DNA of 64,000 nt from the human T2T-CHM13v2.0 reference genome, Homo sapiens, in the NCBI RefSeq assembly GCF_009914755.1, contig NC_060944.1. One strand, 5' to 3'. Shown piece by piece: positions 28,050 to 43,355 of this stretch; position 1 is the stretch's first letter; each line of letters starts with the position of its first letter. Made by a program: the position numbers and the translations under genes. The notes beneath the pieces were generated by a model, which worked only from the letters and a program-made list of their open reading frames with translations, was not told where the DNA came from and did no database searches.

Positions 28050-28860
28050 CGGGAACAAAAATCACAAGATTATAGGCAATTATTCAAAGACACCTGGATG
28101 AGAAAAGTAGACATGTACAAGATTGGAAAGGATGTAAAGAAAAGAGATAACTCCACAAATGCTGAACTTAAAATCACATTTGAAGATAGTAAAGCACTCA
28201 CTTGTTGAGGTAGGAACATGCCTAAGTGACATACTATGCAAATCTGAGTATGCAGGGAAAAGACAGTGAGATGAAAATGGTGAGAGAGAATATGATAGAA
28301 ATAGAGAATGGAGAATAGAAAACCCAAACACCAAAAATCCTCAAGGGAAGATCAAAACAAATGCAGGTGAAATCAGTGCCTCACGTTTTCTATTATACTG
28401 TTTCCGTCATTTTGATTTTTCTGAAATTAAGATGCATCTTATGTTTTAAATTTTGCCTGTCATTCCCTCCTGCCCAAAAGTAGTCAGTGATGTACTTTTT
28501 CAATTAATTTTGTATTAGAACAAAGAAAATACGTTAAGAGAAGAAAATTCCCTTAGAGAAAGATTCAAGTTACGCAGATTGAAAGACTCACTTGGGTTCT
28601 AAGGCATGTTAATGGAAAATGCCCTAAATTAAGGACTTCTTGGCAAAAACTTTTAACTCTTGGAGAAAAAAATTCTACAAGTTGCCAGGCCTAAATATCA
28701 GATTACACAAAAAAAGAATAAATGCTGGGCTGTCTTTTGACTGCTCTCCAACACCAAGGGTTGAAAGTTCACAGAGGTTAAAAGTTGTGGCCCAGGAATT
28801 TTTCACTCAGCCAAGTTGTTCATGTTTAATAGCTATAAAAAGACATTGCCAGAACATACT
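28050..28860 (+). mobile_element. Degenerate L1 ORF1 fragments
   Basis: agaagaaaattcccttagag...cagattgaaagactcact resembles L1M ORF1. Confidence 0.5.
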
Positions 28861-28863
28861 AGG

Positions 28864-29953
<1,090 letters not shown>

Positions 29954-30464
29954 TTCTTGAAGACATTTCCTGAATACAAAATATAAAACTAAGAAAACAA
30001 TGGTTAAAAAAATGACTATTGGTGACACCGAAACCAATTAAAGTAAAAATGTGGAGACTGTACATCTGTTTTTAAAATTAAATGAAAAAGCCAAAAATAC
30101 TCTTGAAATGTAAGTACTCTAATGTTAAAAATAGTATAGTAACTATAATTTATATATAGAACCCCAGATTATATTAACAAAGAAAATAGAGGAAAAAGAA
30201 AATGAAGGTTTTATCTAAAGATGTGGGAATAAAAAAGTACTAATTTATGTGCTTGACTCTGAAAGTTGTTGGGAAAACATAATTTAAACAATGATTTCAA
30301 AATAGTAAATTAACAACTAGTAGAATTTTAAAAATTATATATTATCTTCCAAAACACTGAAGAAAGTAGACTCTTACTCTACTAGCTTGTGGAAACCCAG
30401 CCAGGTAACTATCATTTGAGTCCTTTGTCCCTGCATCAGTAATTCACACCTGGTAATATGTAAC

Positions 30465-30646
30465 ACTTGGTTCTTAGCCCCTGGCTGTGCATTAGAATCA
30501 CCTAGGGTGCTTGTAAACATCCTGATTCCCAGGTGATGTCCCAGACCAGTTGCATCAGAATCTCTTGGGATGTGGCCCAGTCACCAGTTGTTTCTAGAGC
30601 TCCTCTGATGATTCCAAATTTGTGCAGCCAAGTTTGAGAACCACTG
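30465..30646. mobile_element. MER5A (hAT-Charlie)
   Basis: ggctgtgcattagaatcacctaggg...catcagaatctc...gtttgagaaccactg. Confidence 0.85.
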
Positions 30647-30993
30647 GCCAAGGCCTTTGCCCTTTCTCATGTTTCTTTGGGAAGGGCTGTCTACTTTAGC
30701 ATAAAATGTACATAGTTACCTGCCCCTCCACCTTTCCTCTGAGTCACCTTTCCAGTGATCCTTGGTTATCTTGGTTACAATCTACAGCTCCTTACTCACA
30801 GCATGGCCCAAGGACCCAGCAGCCTCAAAATCTCTTGCGAGCTTCTTAGGAATGCACCTGTTCCATGGCTGTCTTCCTCAGTGGCCTTCTTGCCTCCTAA
30901 TCTTCCTTCTCAAAACTTCTAATAGAATGATCTTTGCAAAACGCAAATCCAATCATGACATAACTTCCTCAATGAATAATCAGAAACTCCATG

Positions 30994-31696
30994 TGAAACC
31001 ACCTTTGACAGTGAAAGAGATCAGACCTAACCAACTCCATCTTCCTTCTTACCTTTAAGCTGTCCTTGTTCATTCCTGAGCATAGACCAAACTAACTTTG
31101 GGAAGGAATTTAGTTTATGGTGTGACTGAAACAAAGTTGATAATAACCCTTTCCCAAAAAGACCCCCTTCTTGCCTGGGGACCAATCTGCCTTTGTAGGA
31201 CTAACAAAATAGCTACAAGATTAGAAATTGCAGCTTAGGAGTCATGAAGCCTCTGGCTGCAAGAGTTTGAACCTCCCCAAATTGCTCCTGGGGATAACAT
31301 CGCTATTGTAAAACATAAGATCAGTGCTTGAGATATTTTGTAGACCCTGTACTTGATGGATCAGCTGACACCACCAATACCAGTAATCTGGCTCAACCGG
31401 TTCTGCGATCCCACCCAGGAACAGAAGGCAGCAAGAAAACCTCACTTTGACCACTATGATTCCATCTCAAACCTGACCAATCAGCACTCCCCACTTCCCA
31501 AGCCCCTACCCATCAATTTATCTTTAAAAACTCTGATTCTCGAGTGCTCAGGGAGACTGATTTGAGTAGTAATATAACTCCAGTCTCCCTCACAGCTGGC
31601 TCTGCATGAATTACTCTTTCTCCATTGCAATTCCCCTGTCTTGATAAGTTGGCTTTGTCTAGGCAGCGGACAAGGTGAACCCTTTCGGCTGTTACA
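30994..31696 (+). mobile_element. LTR8 solo LTR (ERV1)
   Basis: tgaaaccacctttg...gacagtgaaagagatcagacctaacc...ggtgaaccctttcggctgttaca; perfect 4-bp TSD catg; inserted in an L2 remnant. Confidence 0.9.
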
Positions 31697-32014
31697 CATG
31701 TTTCCTCTGTTGTAAAATCTAAGGTCCTGAAAATTAAATTCAGGGTTCTCTAAGGATTTAGCCTCTTTATCTTGTCCCAAATTTTCTTCTCAGCTATATT
31801 TCCCACTTTCCTAACTCCAAATACATCAGGCCATTAGCCATTCACCCAATGGGATAGGCCTTTTTACTCTTCAGTTCTTGGGCTAATGTTCTCTTCAGCT
31901 GTGAATGCCTCGTCCCCCATTTCCCATTAATTCTTAGTCTTTTCTTGGAGTTCAACACAGATGCCACCTCTGTGGGGAAGCCTTCCCCAATCTCCCAGTC
32001 AAAAGGGATATCAC

Positions 32015-32744
32015 ATGCAAATCAAAATCACAATGAGATTCCATCTCACACCAGTCAGAATGGCTATTATTAAAAAAGTCAAAAAACAGATGCTGGGGAG
32101 GTTGTGAAGAAAAGGAAACACTTATACACTGTTGCTGGGAGTGTAAATTAGTTCAACCATTGTGTAAGACAGTGTGGTGATTCCTCAAAGATCTAAAGAC
32201 AGAAATACCATTCCACCCAGCAATCCCATTACTGGGTATATACCCCAAAGAATATAAATTTTTCTATTATAAAGACACGTGCATGGGCATGTTCATTACA
32301 GCACTATTCAAAATAGTAAAGACATTGAATCAACCCAAATGCCCAACGGTAGACTGGATAAAGAAAATGTGGTACATATCAGCCATGGAATACTATGCAG
32401 CCATAAAAAAGAATAAGATCATGTTCTTTGCAGGTACATGGATGGAGGTGGAGGCCATTATCCTTAGCAAATTAACACAGGAAGAAAACCAAATACTGCG
32501 TGTTCTCACTTGTAAGTGGGAGCTAAATGACGAGAACACATGGACACATAGAGGGGAACAACATACACTAGGGCCTATCAGAAGGTGGAGGGTAGGAGGA
32601 GGGAGAGGATCAGGAAAAATAATGGGTACTAGGCTTAATACCTGGTGATGCAATAATCTGTACAACAAACCCCCATGACACAAATGTAACCTATGTAACA
32701 AACCTGCACATGTACCCTTGAACTTAAAATTCAAACAACTATAA
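32015..32744 (+). mobile_element. 5'-truncated L1PA (approx. L1PA13-16)
   Basis: ORF2 end plus 3'UTR; TSD aaaagggatatcac (32001-32014) / aaaaggggtttcac (32745-32758). Confidence 0.93.
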
Positions 32745-33253
32745 AAAAGGGGTTTCACTTTGTTCTTTCATGTAGCCCTGGTTTCATTCAATTTTATGTT
32801 GTTAACTTGTCTGTTTTTCCTCCTCAACTGATAATTCTTTGAGGGGAGGAACTATGCCCTTTTGTTCCCATTCCCTAATCAGCCAGCCAGTGCTTGTAGA
32901 ACAAATGTCATGGGTCACACTCTCAATGCCTGTAGGTGAATTCTTTTAGCAGGATCAACTCTCCCCACATTCCATGGGTACTGCAGGGGGCAGGCCCAGC
33001 CCACACTATTTCAGCATAAGTGAGTATTTATTGCAAAGACTCTCCTAACCTTGGCCTATTAAGTAACTCCTTGATATTTTAGGGAATTTCTGTGCTCTCA
33101 CATCATCTTCATCTTTCATTTCGCACTGGTGGAGTGCCTGCCCTCTCCTAACACTTTCTTCATTTTACCTTCATTGACGCTTCCTTTTTGGGGGACTGGT
33201 TTGTTCCAGGTGAACTCAAAGAATGAGTCAACTTTACTAGGACAGTGACTCAC

Positions 33254-33387
33254 CTTCTTTTAAATCTGAGGACAATATTGGAAGCTCAAACAAAGTGTCT
33301 AAACAATTTCCTAGGAGCATTTGCTTGAGGAGGGGGTGTGTAATTTCAGCATCAACTGAAGAAAACATCTGAGCTTTTTGACAGCTT
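33254..33387 (-). other. Candidate 134-nt exon
   Basis: Minus strand: tcttattctctttag| ... AAG|gtgagt (consensus donor); motif evidence only. Confidence 0.4.
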
Positions 33388-34411
33388 CTAAAGAGAATAA
33401 GACTCTCTGCCTGCCTGGAGATGCACTCAAAAGACAAGGCATTTAACAGCAAATCAAGGCTGTCCTGCCCAGGAATCATCCTAATCATACAGTCACAGAT
33501 TCTTGCAAGGGTCACTGCAGCCCAGGTCCCTGACAGGCCAGCACATAACCCAAGCAGTCCAGCTGTGACTGCCAGGTGTCAAGTGCCTGTACTGAACACA
33601 TTGAAAGGAGATAAACAGAGGTGACTTGGGAAGTGGCAAAGCCCTAGATGAAAGCAATCTATGAGGACAATATATTTTTCCAAATGTTTTTGCCTCTCTG
33701 CATAATCCAATCCAAATATTCTACTCCTTTCTGTTCTCTCCTCCCTGTAGGTATGTTGTTTACTATTGTGGTTTAGTAATGTTTTTTATTTGTCCAGAGA
33801 CCCCAGGCCAATTTCCCAAGCACTAGAAGCCAGATTCTACATTCACCCTCTTGATCAAGTCCCTCCTCTGTGCTGTACCATGGGAATAAACCAAAAGGGA
33901 AGAAGATATGTGATACCAGAATAGAGAATACAACCCAGAAGAAAGGCAAAGGAAATTTGAATATGACAATAAAAAGAAATCTTAGGGTTACAGCTTCTCA
34001 TCAGGCCTAACAGGCCACCAACTCCGAGGAGAGTAGAATGGAGGTTCCCAGAAAGCATGTCTCTAAGAAAAAAGTAGAAACAACAGTTTACATGATGTGA
34101 TTGGCCTTGTAGAAAATCACACTGAGAGGAAGTTGTGGGGAGAGTTAGCAAGAGTAAAAAGAAGTCTAAGCAAATCAAAAGCAAGGCAATTATTAACTTT
34201 AGGAAAAACAAAAAGTAAGAAAAGAGACATCATTGTAGTATGTTACAATACTCAGCTGTGAATTATATTTGTATAAGCATAACACTGTAAACACAGAATA
34301 AAATTTAGCCCAAATAGTGATATTAAGAGAATGAAGGATGGGAAGCAGAGGGAACAGCATTGAAATTATTGCAGTGTGATTTTAATTTAGATGTCTTATA
34401 TTACAAGTAAA

Positions 34412-35254
34412 GTGATTCCAAAGTAAACCTGAAAAACTAGTTCAGACCATGATGGGAAGAGGGGGTTGGACATACCTTGTTGTACTCACCTCCCTTTGGA
34501 ATTCAGGCACAACTGACCAGCATTAACATTTAAAATAGAGATCCTAAGACTGATAAAAACAGACTTTTTGTGGCAATGAGATACCAAATGCCAACTAGCA
34601 TAACATCACATGACACATAGCAGGCCTTGAAAGAAATTGAAGTATTTTACCTCCAAATATATTTATTTGATATATTTGAAATGGCCCTGTAAAGATATCT
34701 CTTATGGGGAAAGTCTACATTTTGTAGAGAATCCCATTCCCTTTCCAGGTATTTTCCTGATTTAGGAGAGATTTAACTCCTAAGAGTTTGGCACCTTTTA
34801 AGGTCTGATAAGAGACATGTACCATCTATTCTCTCTGACACCTGCTACCTGGAGGCTTATCTATATAACAAGAACCCTTGGCTTCCACAGCCCCTATTAT
34901 CTTAACCCTAAGCATTTCTTTCTACTAATTTGAATACTTCAGGCAAAACCTGACTCTCTCAACCAGTTGCCAATCAAGAAATCTTTGAATTCACCTATGA
35001 CCTAGAAGCCCCTCAAAGCTTTGAAATGTTCCACCTTTTCATGCTGAACCAATGTAAATCTTATGCGTGTGGATTTATGTATTTGCCTGTAACTTCTGTC
35101 TCCCTAAAATGCAAAAAATCAAGTTGTAACCAAACCACCAAGGCCAAATGTTCTCAAGATGTTCTGAGATGAAGTCACAGATCACGGTCCTCACATTTGG
35201 CTTGGAATAAGCCTCTTTAAATATTTTACAGAGTTTGACCCTTTTTTGTAGACA
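34412..35254 (+). mobile_element. MER4-family LTR (MER4D-like), 5'-truncated
   Basis: aaacctgaaaaactagttcagaccatgatggg...ggaattcaggcacaactgaccagcattaac...aaatattttacagagtttgac...gaca. Confidence 0.85.
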
Positions 35255-36160
35255 TTGAGCATCTTTTCATATTTTAATAGGCCACCTTTTATTTCTTAAT
35301 CTGTAAATTGTCTTCATTTTTTGAAATCAAATTTTTATTGGCTTGTTGCATTATTCTTTCTTAATTTCCAGTAGCTTTTTCTATATTAAGATTAGGCATT
35401 TCTCTATGAGTTGCAATTTGGGGAGCATTTTTTCATTTGTCTTTTGACTTTTTATGTGGTATTTTGGTCATGTGACAGCTTTGTATTATTAATTTAACAC
35501 AATTTATCAAAGCTTTATTTTATAACTGTGAACTTTTGCATTATTTTTAGACAATCTTTCCTACTCTAATGTAAAATAACCTATCTTTTCTTCTTAATTA
35601 TTTTATTTTATTTTTTACATTTATATTATTTTGGAACGTGTAGTAGAGATATGGATCCAGCTTTATCTTTCATCACATGGTTCCTCAATTGTTCCAATAC
35701 ACTTTTGGAAAAAAAAATCTTTATATATTTGAGATGCCACCTTTATCATATACTAAATTCCCATGTGTATCTGGATTCATTTCAAGGCTTATATTTCTAT
35801 TCCATGTATCCATCTTTCTATCCATGAACCAGTAGCACATCATTGTAGTTAATTGAAGTTTGACCATACTTTTAATTCCTGGTAGAGCCAGACCTTTTCA
35901 GAATCTTCTTGGCTCCTTTTGCTTATTTTTCCAAATCAACTTTAGAACTAGTTTGTCTAGTTCTAGGGAAAAAATACCCGGTAAGCTGTTAGTATTTTTA
36001 AAAGAATCATATTAATTAAATATTAAATTAATTCTAAAATAATTAAATTAATAAAATTAAATTAATATAAATTTAATATGATTCCAATAAACTAATGAGG
36101 GGAAATGACTCATTAGATGTTGAATATTCCTATGCAAGGACATAGTATATCATTCCAAAA
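35255..36160 (-). mobile_element. L1M ORF2 C-terminal fragment
   Basis: ttgagcatcttttcatatt...gccacctttatcatatactaaattccc antisense ORF2. Confidence 0.75.
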
Positions 36161-36609
36161 AGGTGACAATTATCAAAAAGACATAATACTTTGAATTTCT
36201 ATGTACCTAAGTACCAAATGATACAGTTTGATAAAGCAAAAGTACAGGAGCTACAAAGAGAAAGAAACAGGAACACACTAACAATAGGGGATTTTAATTT
36301 AACATTCTTGGTCCAAGAAAGATCAAGTGGACAAAAATTAACTAAGGAAAATAAGCAACGAGGTAGATATAGGTGGAACTCTGCATCCTAATAACAATAA
36401 GTGCATCTTCTTGACAAAAGCACATGATCATTGATGATAACTGACCCCATATTAGCCACCAGAAAAGCTCAATGAATTTGAAGAAGCAAGTATAATACAG
36501 GCAATGATCTCCAATCACATCATCACATTGCAATGAAACTAGAAATTAATAACATCAGAAAAAAACTGGGAATTAAAATAAAACCCTTATTTTTGCTATT
36601 TAAATTGCA

Positions 36610-36740
36610 GTCTGTAAACAGCAGCATCTGTTTCTCTTGTGAGCTTGTTAGTAATGCAGAATCTTGGGTGCCCCAGGTCTTAGTTGGCGTCTACATTTTA
36701 TAAGATACCCAGGTAATTTGCAAGTACATTTATGTTTACT
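36610..36740. mobile_element. MER5-type fragment
   Basis: gagcttgttagtaatgcagaatcttggg...catttttataagatacccaggt. Confidence 0.6.
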
Positions 36741-36857
36741 CATTGTTTCCAGAAAACAATGAGAAATAAAATACACATCAGAACTGTGAGACATAAGCAG
36801 AGCAGAGCTCAGAAAAATTTTAGTCTTAAATACTTATATCAACAAAATTAAAACTAA

Positions 36858-37304
<447 letters not shown>

Positions 37305-38004
37305 TTAACAAATTAGGATCTATTTCTCTTAAAAAATGAATGAAATAGATTGACAAGCAGTAAATTTAATCAAGCAAAAGGGAGGAAGCACAAACAATAA
37401 GAAAAGGCAAAAGAAAATAACCTCAACAACTTAATAATTTTAAAAAATAAGGCTATTTGTACAATTCTATACAAGTAGGTTTTCAATATGCAAATGTGAA
37501 TGAAATTCTAAAACTTGGATGTAATAAATAATTTTCTTGGAAGATATAATTTACTAAAATTAATTCCAGAAGAAACACAATGATTACATGAAACAAAACT
37601 ATATGGACAAGTTTTCATTAGAGAAATAAAGTATTTAAAGAATAAGCCTCCATCAACTCATAGAACATATATATCAGCCCAGATAGTTTCACATAAGAAT
37701 TATTACTAAGCTTCCATAGGATAGGTTATTACAATGCTATTTGAACTTTTCCAGGACATATAAAAAGTTGCAAAATTTTTTATATAAGGTGGATAACGTT
37801 GACACCAACATGTAACAAAAATTGTACAAAAAAACCTACATGTTAATCTCACTTGCAAATATACATATTACAGTTGTAAATATAACAACAGCAATTAGAT
37901 TCAAACAGCTCATTAAAAGACTAGTAGCAGGACCACAAAGTTTCCATTTCAGAAATGCCAGGATAGATTAGTATTAGGAAAGGTATTCATTACAAGTCAG
38001 CATA

Positions 38005-38363
38005 TGATATGGTTTCACTTTGTGTCCCCACCCAAATCTCATCTCCATTTGTAATCCCCAGGTATTGAGGGAGGGACCTGGTGGGAGGTGATTGAATCAT
38101 GGCAACAGTTTCCCCCATGCTGTTCTCTTGATAGTGAGGAAGTTCTCATGAGAGCTGATGTTTTGAAAGTGTTTGGAAGTTCCCCCTTGCCCTAGTCTCT
38201 CCTGCTGCCGTGTAAGACTTGTCTTGCTTCCCCTTCTGCCATGATTGCAAGTTTCCTGAGGCCTCCCCAGCCATGTGGAACTGTGACTCAATTAAGCCTC
38301 TTTCCTTTATAAATTACCCAGTCTTGGGTATTTTTTATAGCAGTGTGAAAACAGACTAATACA
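38005..38363 (+). mobile_element. THE1 (THE1D-like) solo LTR
   Basis: tgatatggttt...gtccccacccaaatctcatc...cagactaataca; TSD gcata/acata. Confidence 0.92.
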
Positions 38364-38909
38364 ACATATTAATAGATTTTAGGAGAAAATTTTTAACATA
38401 TTGATGCTGAAAAGGCATTTGACCCATTCTTAAAACACTTTTTAAAAAGAAATTTGTAAACAGTAGAATTAGGAACACAGTAAGGATGCTCATTATTACC
38501 TTTTCCATTTAATATTGTGCTGGAAGTATTTGCCACTTTTATTGGACAAAAGCATGATACTTCATTTATAAACACTGGGAAAAAGAAGGTTAAATTCTCC
38601 CTATTTGTGGATAATATGGCCTGGAAAATCTAAAAGAATCGACTGAAAATCTTTACAAACAAAAAGAGACTGCAGCAAATAAATGGGCTATAAAAATTAA
38701 TACGTAGGAATCTATAGCTTTCATATATAACAACAGCAATGAGTTGGAAAATGTAGTGGCATAGATGCTTTTGTTTTTATTAGCAACAGAAAATATAAAT
38801 ATCTAAATATAAACTTCACAAGAATCATGTAAACTTACATGAGGAAAAGTTTAAAACACTCCTGAAACACACCAAGAGCGGACATGGAGTCTTCATTCTA
38901 ACAATCTGT

Positions 38910-39372
38910 GTATTGGTTTGAATAATTCAATACCCAATGTCTTTAATTATCTAACCATGGTTAAGGCACTCCCTTGCCAAAGATTTTAGGGATGGATGTG
39001 TGACCCGTTGCTGGCCATTGAGATGTGAGGCAATATCTGCTGGCATAGGGCAAAAGTCTCTCACCCTTAAATGGAACCCCAAGGAAGATGCAGACTCTTC
39101 CTTTCTGCAGATCTTATCATGTCTGGATATGATGCCTGAAACTGCCACAGTTACTTTGCAACCATGCCCAGGGCCAGCACGGTCAGGATGCTAAGTGGAG
39201 ACCTGGTAGGAACTGGGCTTCTTGGTGACATCCTCGAGGCATTGATTATGTGCTGCTTGGAGCCACCAACCTGTGGACTTCCTGATAACATAAGGTAATA
39301 TATTTCCTTAATGTTTCAATTAATTTCAAGCAGATTTTTCTGTTTCTTGCTGCCAAAGCATTCTAGCTGGCC
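38910..39372 (+). mobile_element. MLT1J/K-like LTR
   Basis: gtgacccgttgctggccattgagatgtgagg...gatgcctgaaactgccacag...ttttctgtttcttgctgccaaagcattct. Confidence 0.65.
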
Positions 39373-39374
39373 CA

Positions 39375-40210
39375 ATCTGTCTATTCCATCCCCAGAACCA
39401 GTTTTAATTGCCATTGCTTTATAATGTTTCAGCCTACAATCACCTTCTTTGGGGTGAGAGAATAATTCTTTAACTTTCTTAATTTCTTCCTTAAGTGATT
39501 TAACCATGTGATTCCAATTGAGTCAATTCTAGTCATCTAAATTTCTTAATACAATTTCCATCTTAAATGATTTTCAAAATAAAAGCACTTAATTATACTG
39601 TAATTTTTAAAAACTTTTATATAAGTTCTAGCCATTTTTTTCTTTCCTTTTTTCATTTTGATTATGGCATTTTAAAATTAGATTTTCCAGCAGCTGGGCC
39701 ATTTTACTGATTCTTTTCAAAGACGTTCTCTGAGATTCACTATCTATTCATGCCATTGTGCGTTTTCCTGCTGCTAATTTTACTTTTTGTTTTTATATTT
39801 TAATATATTTATTTCTGCTTCCTTTGTTCCTTTTTTCTTCACTTTTTAGTTGAAATTATTTTCTCTTGCTTTTACTTTTAAAAATGTAACATGCATTTAA
39901 TACTACAATTTATTGAGAACAACTTTACGCATATTCCATAATCTTAAATGTGAATTATTCTGATTCTCATTATTTTTCAATTAGCTGTTTTCAAATCCCT
40001 TTATTTCCTCATTAATCAGAAATTTATTCAAAAGAGTATTCATAAAATTTGTTTAATCTTTTGTTGTTGTTTCCAGTTGTTATACTTTCCTTTGAGAACA
40101 TAGATTGCATATATTCATCTTTCTGACTTATGATTTTTGTTATTATTTTTCTCATGCCTGACTACATTTTTCAATACTTTTTAATATCCTGTGGCTAATT
40201 AGCAGGAAAC
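39375..40210 (-). mobile_element. Degenerate L1M fragments
   Basis: T-rich antisense ORF2-like sequence. Confidence 0.5.
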
Positions 40211-40909
40211 TGTATTTTGCAACGCAAATACAATATGCTTTATAAGATAAATAATAACTGCATAAGACAAAGTTTGAAATAGTTATTAATTATAGTTTAC
40301 TAATTATATTGTTTCAATCATTCATGTCATCATTTTTATATACTTTATGATGACAAATATGAAAGTTTGAGGAATTAGTGTTGGGAAATTCTAAGGGTAG
40401 AACCCATAGTTAGGCTTAGGCCTAAGAGTAGTGGAGTGGCTGTGCATGACCACAGATTTGTTGTGATGGGAATTTGCAGGAGGGAGGAAGCTGCTTGTGA
40501 ATGGCAAAAAAACACAAAGTACTATAACTACTGTGTTTAACGGCCCTGCTGGGAGAACAGAGGAGCTGCTCAGTAACTGTTTGCTCCATGAAATAATAAA
40601 TTTTTTCCCCCTCAAACTGTTTGGTTGAAAAATGGGCTATGCCAAAGGCAGTGAAGTTAATTATCCCCAGGAGAGGCAGGCTAGGTAAGAAAAGATGGCC
40701 CTGGGGACCATGTTGGATTGCCCTGAGTTGCTGGATGTTCCAGGAGGAGGGAAGAGATGATTTAGCTTGAGCTTTTCAAACATGTTTTGTTTGTTTGTTT
40801 TGCTTCAAGGATCCAGAAAGTGGGATTTTTTTTTAAATCCCAGAAGTTATTTTACGGGGATTGGTGTGCATTGGACAAACAGCATGAAGAACCAGGAGCA
40901 GACACTGGC

Positions 40910-41371
40910 CCTGTCCATAGCACTTAGGCCTTACTACTTCACAGAGCCCCTTCCCACTCTTGACTGCCAGTATCTCTATTCTGTGTGAGGGTTCTCTCTA
41001 AATTCCCTGAAGGCCACTCTACCCACACTCATCGTAGGGCAGCTGCAAGGGCTGGTATCAACTCTTCTGGGAGCAGACCTCAACCATGGTCTGCCCAGAA
41101 CTACTGTACAGCTATCCTAGATCTTCTGCTTCTTGGGTGAGAAAACTCTAAGGCATGTGCTCTACACTTGCAATCAGAGGTCTCCACTAGAGATGAAGCT
41201 CTGGTTGCCCTTTGTAGTAGCTGTCCTAAGAATGAACCCTTTACTGGCTCCCTTCCCATCCCTGTCTCGCTGCCTCACTTCAATGCTGGTGTTCTCTGCA
41301 CCTTCCAAATTCACAACTTGCACTTGAAACCTTGTCTCAAGGTCTTCTTCTGGGAAAAACTAAATTAAGAC
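40910..41371 (+). mobile_element. LTR16-like ERVL LTR
   Basis: 3' end cttgcacttgaaaccttgtctcaaggtcttcttctgggaaaaactaaattaagaca. Confidence 0.6.
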
Positions 41372-41900
41372 AAATAATAATTTTTATTATTTGTTTTAGC
41401 CTCATCAATCTTTGTAAACAAGCATTGCTGGGAGAGGAAGGTGAAAAATGTTCAAGCTAAGATGTCATGCTTGGCTGCCTCCAAGAGTATTTGAAAATGT
41501 CATTCAAGTCGTTTATCACACTGTGCTTGAAGAGGCCAACTATGGGTTCTGCGTTAGAATTTCCCAACACCAATTCCTCAAAAGCCCTAACTCAGTCAAC
41601 TGGCTGTACTGAGACCAATGAGCAATCTTCCAGCCATTAGTTACCACGAATAATATTAAATTACAATTCCTCCTGCAGTTGTAACTTTCTCCTGGACTAA
41701 CTGGTTGAGAAGATAAATAGGCTTTCTCAGGCCAACTAGGAGGGAGTCCCAGCCATGGGCACAAAGATATGTTTATTACAATTATGATCATGGCTGTTTT
41801 CAGAGAGGCAGAGGCTAGATTTAAAGTAATAATAATAATAATACTGTCCAGAAATTATTGTGGTGTAGAAGATCCTGCATCTTCTTCCAGGAGGCCTTAC

Positions 41901-41979
41901 CTGAGACTCTCATCTGGACTTTGTGTTCTTCTTCCGTGAGCCCATGCTGCCTTATCTTTCCCACATTATGGTCCTTAAC
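41901..41979 (-). other. Candidate 79-nt exon
   Basis: Minus strand: weak AT-rich acceptor ttttaatag|, GAAGAAGAA inside, strong donor CAG|gtaagg. Confidence 0.25.
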
Positions 41980-42099
41980 CTATTAAATTTTAATGAGTAT
42001 TTTATTTATCTAAACCCCGAGCATACTTGAAAGCAGTGATTATATCTTTCATTGTTATATCCTTGGCATAGGGCTTGGCACTTAAAGGCATAGACAAAT

Positions 42100-43355
42100 A
42101 AATAAATAGAGAACTGTAACAGGTAAAACCAATGAGAAAAGACCCTCGAGACAAAAACTGGAAAATATTTGAATTACCATTTAAAAAATACTCCTTTAAG
42201 TCTCATGATTTAAAACAAAATCAGATTATCAATAAGGGTTCAAGTTTGTGAATGCTATCTTTTATATTCAGAGAACTTGTTATTTATGTGGAAATGCAAG
42301 AGAAGGCCAATTTGAGACATTCAGAGGCTTGAGAACATCCCATCAGAAATCCTTGAAAAAATTACTTTAAATTGTATGCTAAATAACAGAAAGATAAAGC
42401 AAAATATAAGCACATAAAAGGATGTGATGTCATAACAGATGAGTAACAACAATAAAGAAACAGGGAAGTGTAAATAATTTCAAAGGCCTACTTTATAAAA
42501 TAGAATACAGAGGGAATAAATAGAGTTAAAGTGTTCTAAAGACCTTGAATTTTACAAACAGTGGTAAAATATTAATGTATATTATATTCTAAATCATGAA
42601 TAAATGCTGTGATTTTGAGGGTAACATTTAAAAATAGTAAAAGATCATATAACTAACAAGCCAATAGAGGGATAAAACAGATCAATAAAAATACTTGATT
42701 GGTCAAAAAAAGGCAAGAAAGGGATAAAAAGAAACAAACAGAGGTGGGCTAATAATAGAAAATAAATTGTAGAATAACAGATTTAAACTCAAATATATCA
42801 TTAAATATGAATATGTAGACTTATTCCATTTAAAAGAGAAAGATTGTGAAATTAGACTTAAAAACTATTGCTTATAAGAAACACACTTTAAGTATAAAGA
42901 TACAGAAAGATTAAAAGTAAGAGGATTATAAGATATAATCCAACATGCATACCTTAAATAAAAGACCAAGGATGTCGGTATATGGTTATTGCATAAAGTA
43001 GATAAGAGATAAAGAGAAATATTTTATAATGACAGAAGAGTCAGTCCAACAGGACCATAAAACAATTCTAAATTTTTATGTACCCAATAATATAGCTTCA
43101 AAATATCTAAAGCAAACACTGACAGAAATGAAAGGAGAAATAGACAAATCCATAGTTAGAGTTGGGGATTTTTAGCACAGCACTGTATCCAGCAGCTGCA
43201 GAATGCACATTCTTTTTAAGTCCACATGGAACATTTGTCAAAATTGATTATATGCTGCTGGGATATAAAGCAATTTTCAACAAAATTCAAAGTATCAACA
43301 TCCTAAAAAGTATGATCTCTAAGCACAGGGGAATAAAGCTAGAAAACAATAATAC
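42100..43355 (+). mobile_element. L1M inter-ORF and ORF2 endonuclease fragment
   Basis: ORF 43162-43428 peptide ECTFFLSPHGTFVKIDY matches the L1 EN motif EYTFFSxxHxTxSKIDH. Confidence 0.85.

Noticed and set aside
32283-32648. 121-aa ORF resembling an L1 ORF2 C-terminus (also 12516-12701, 43162-43428, 53348-53530)
   Set aside because: Fragments of truncated, decayed L1 copies; no intact ORF1/ORF2
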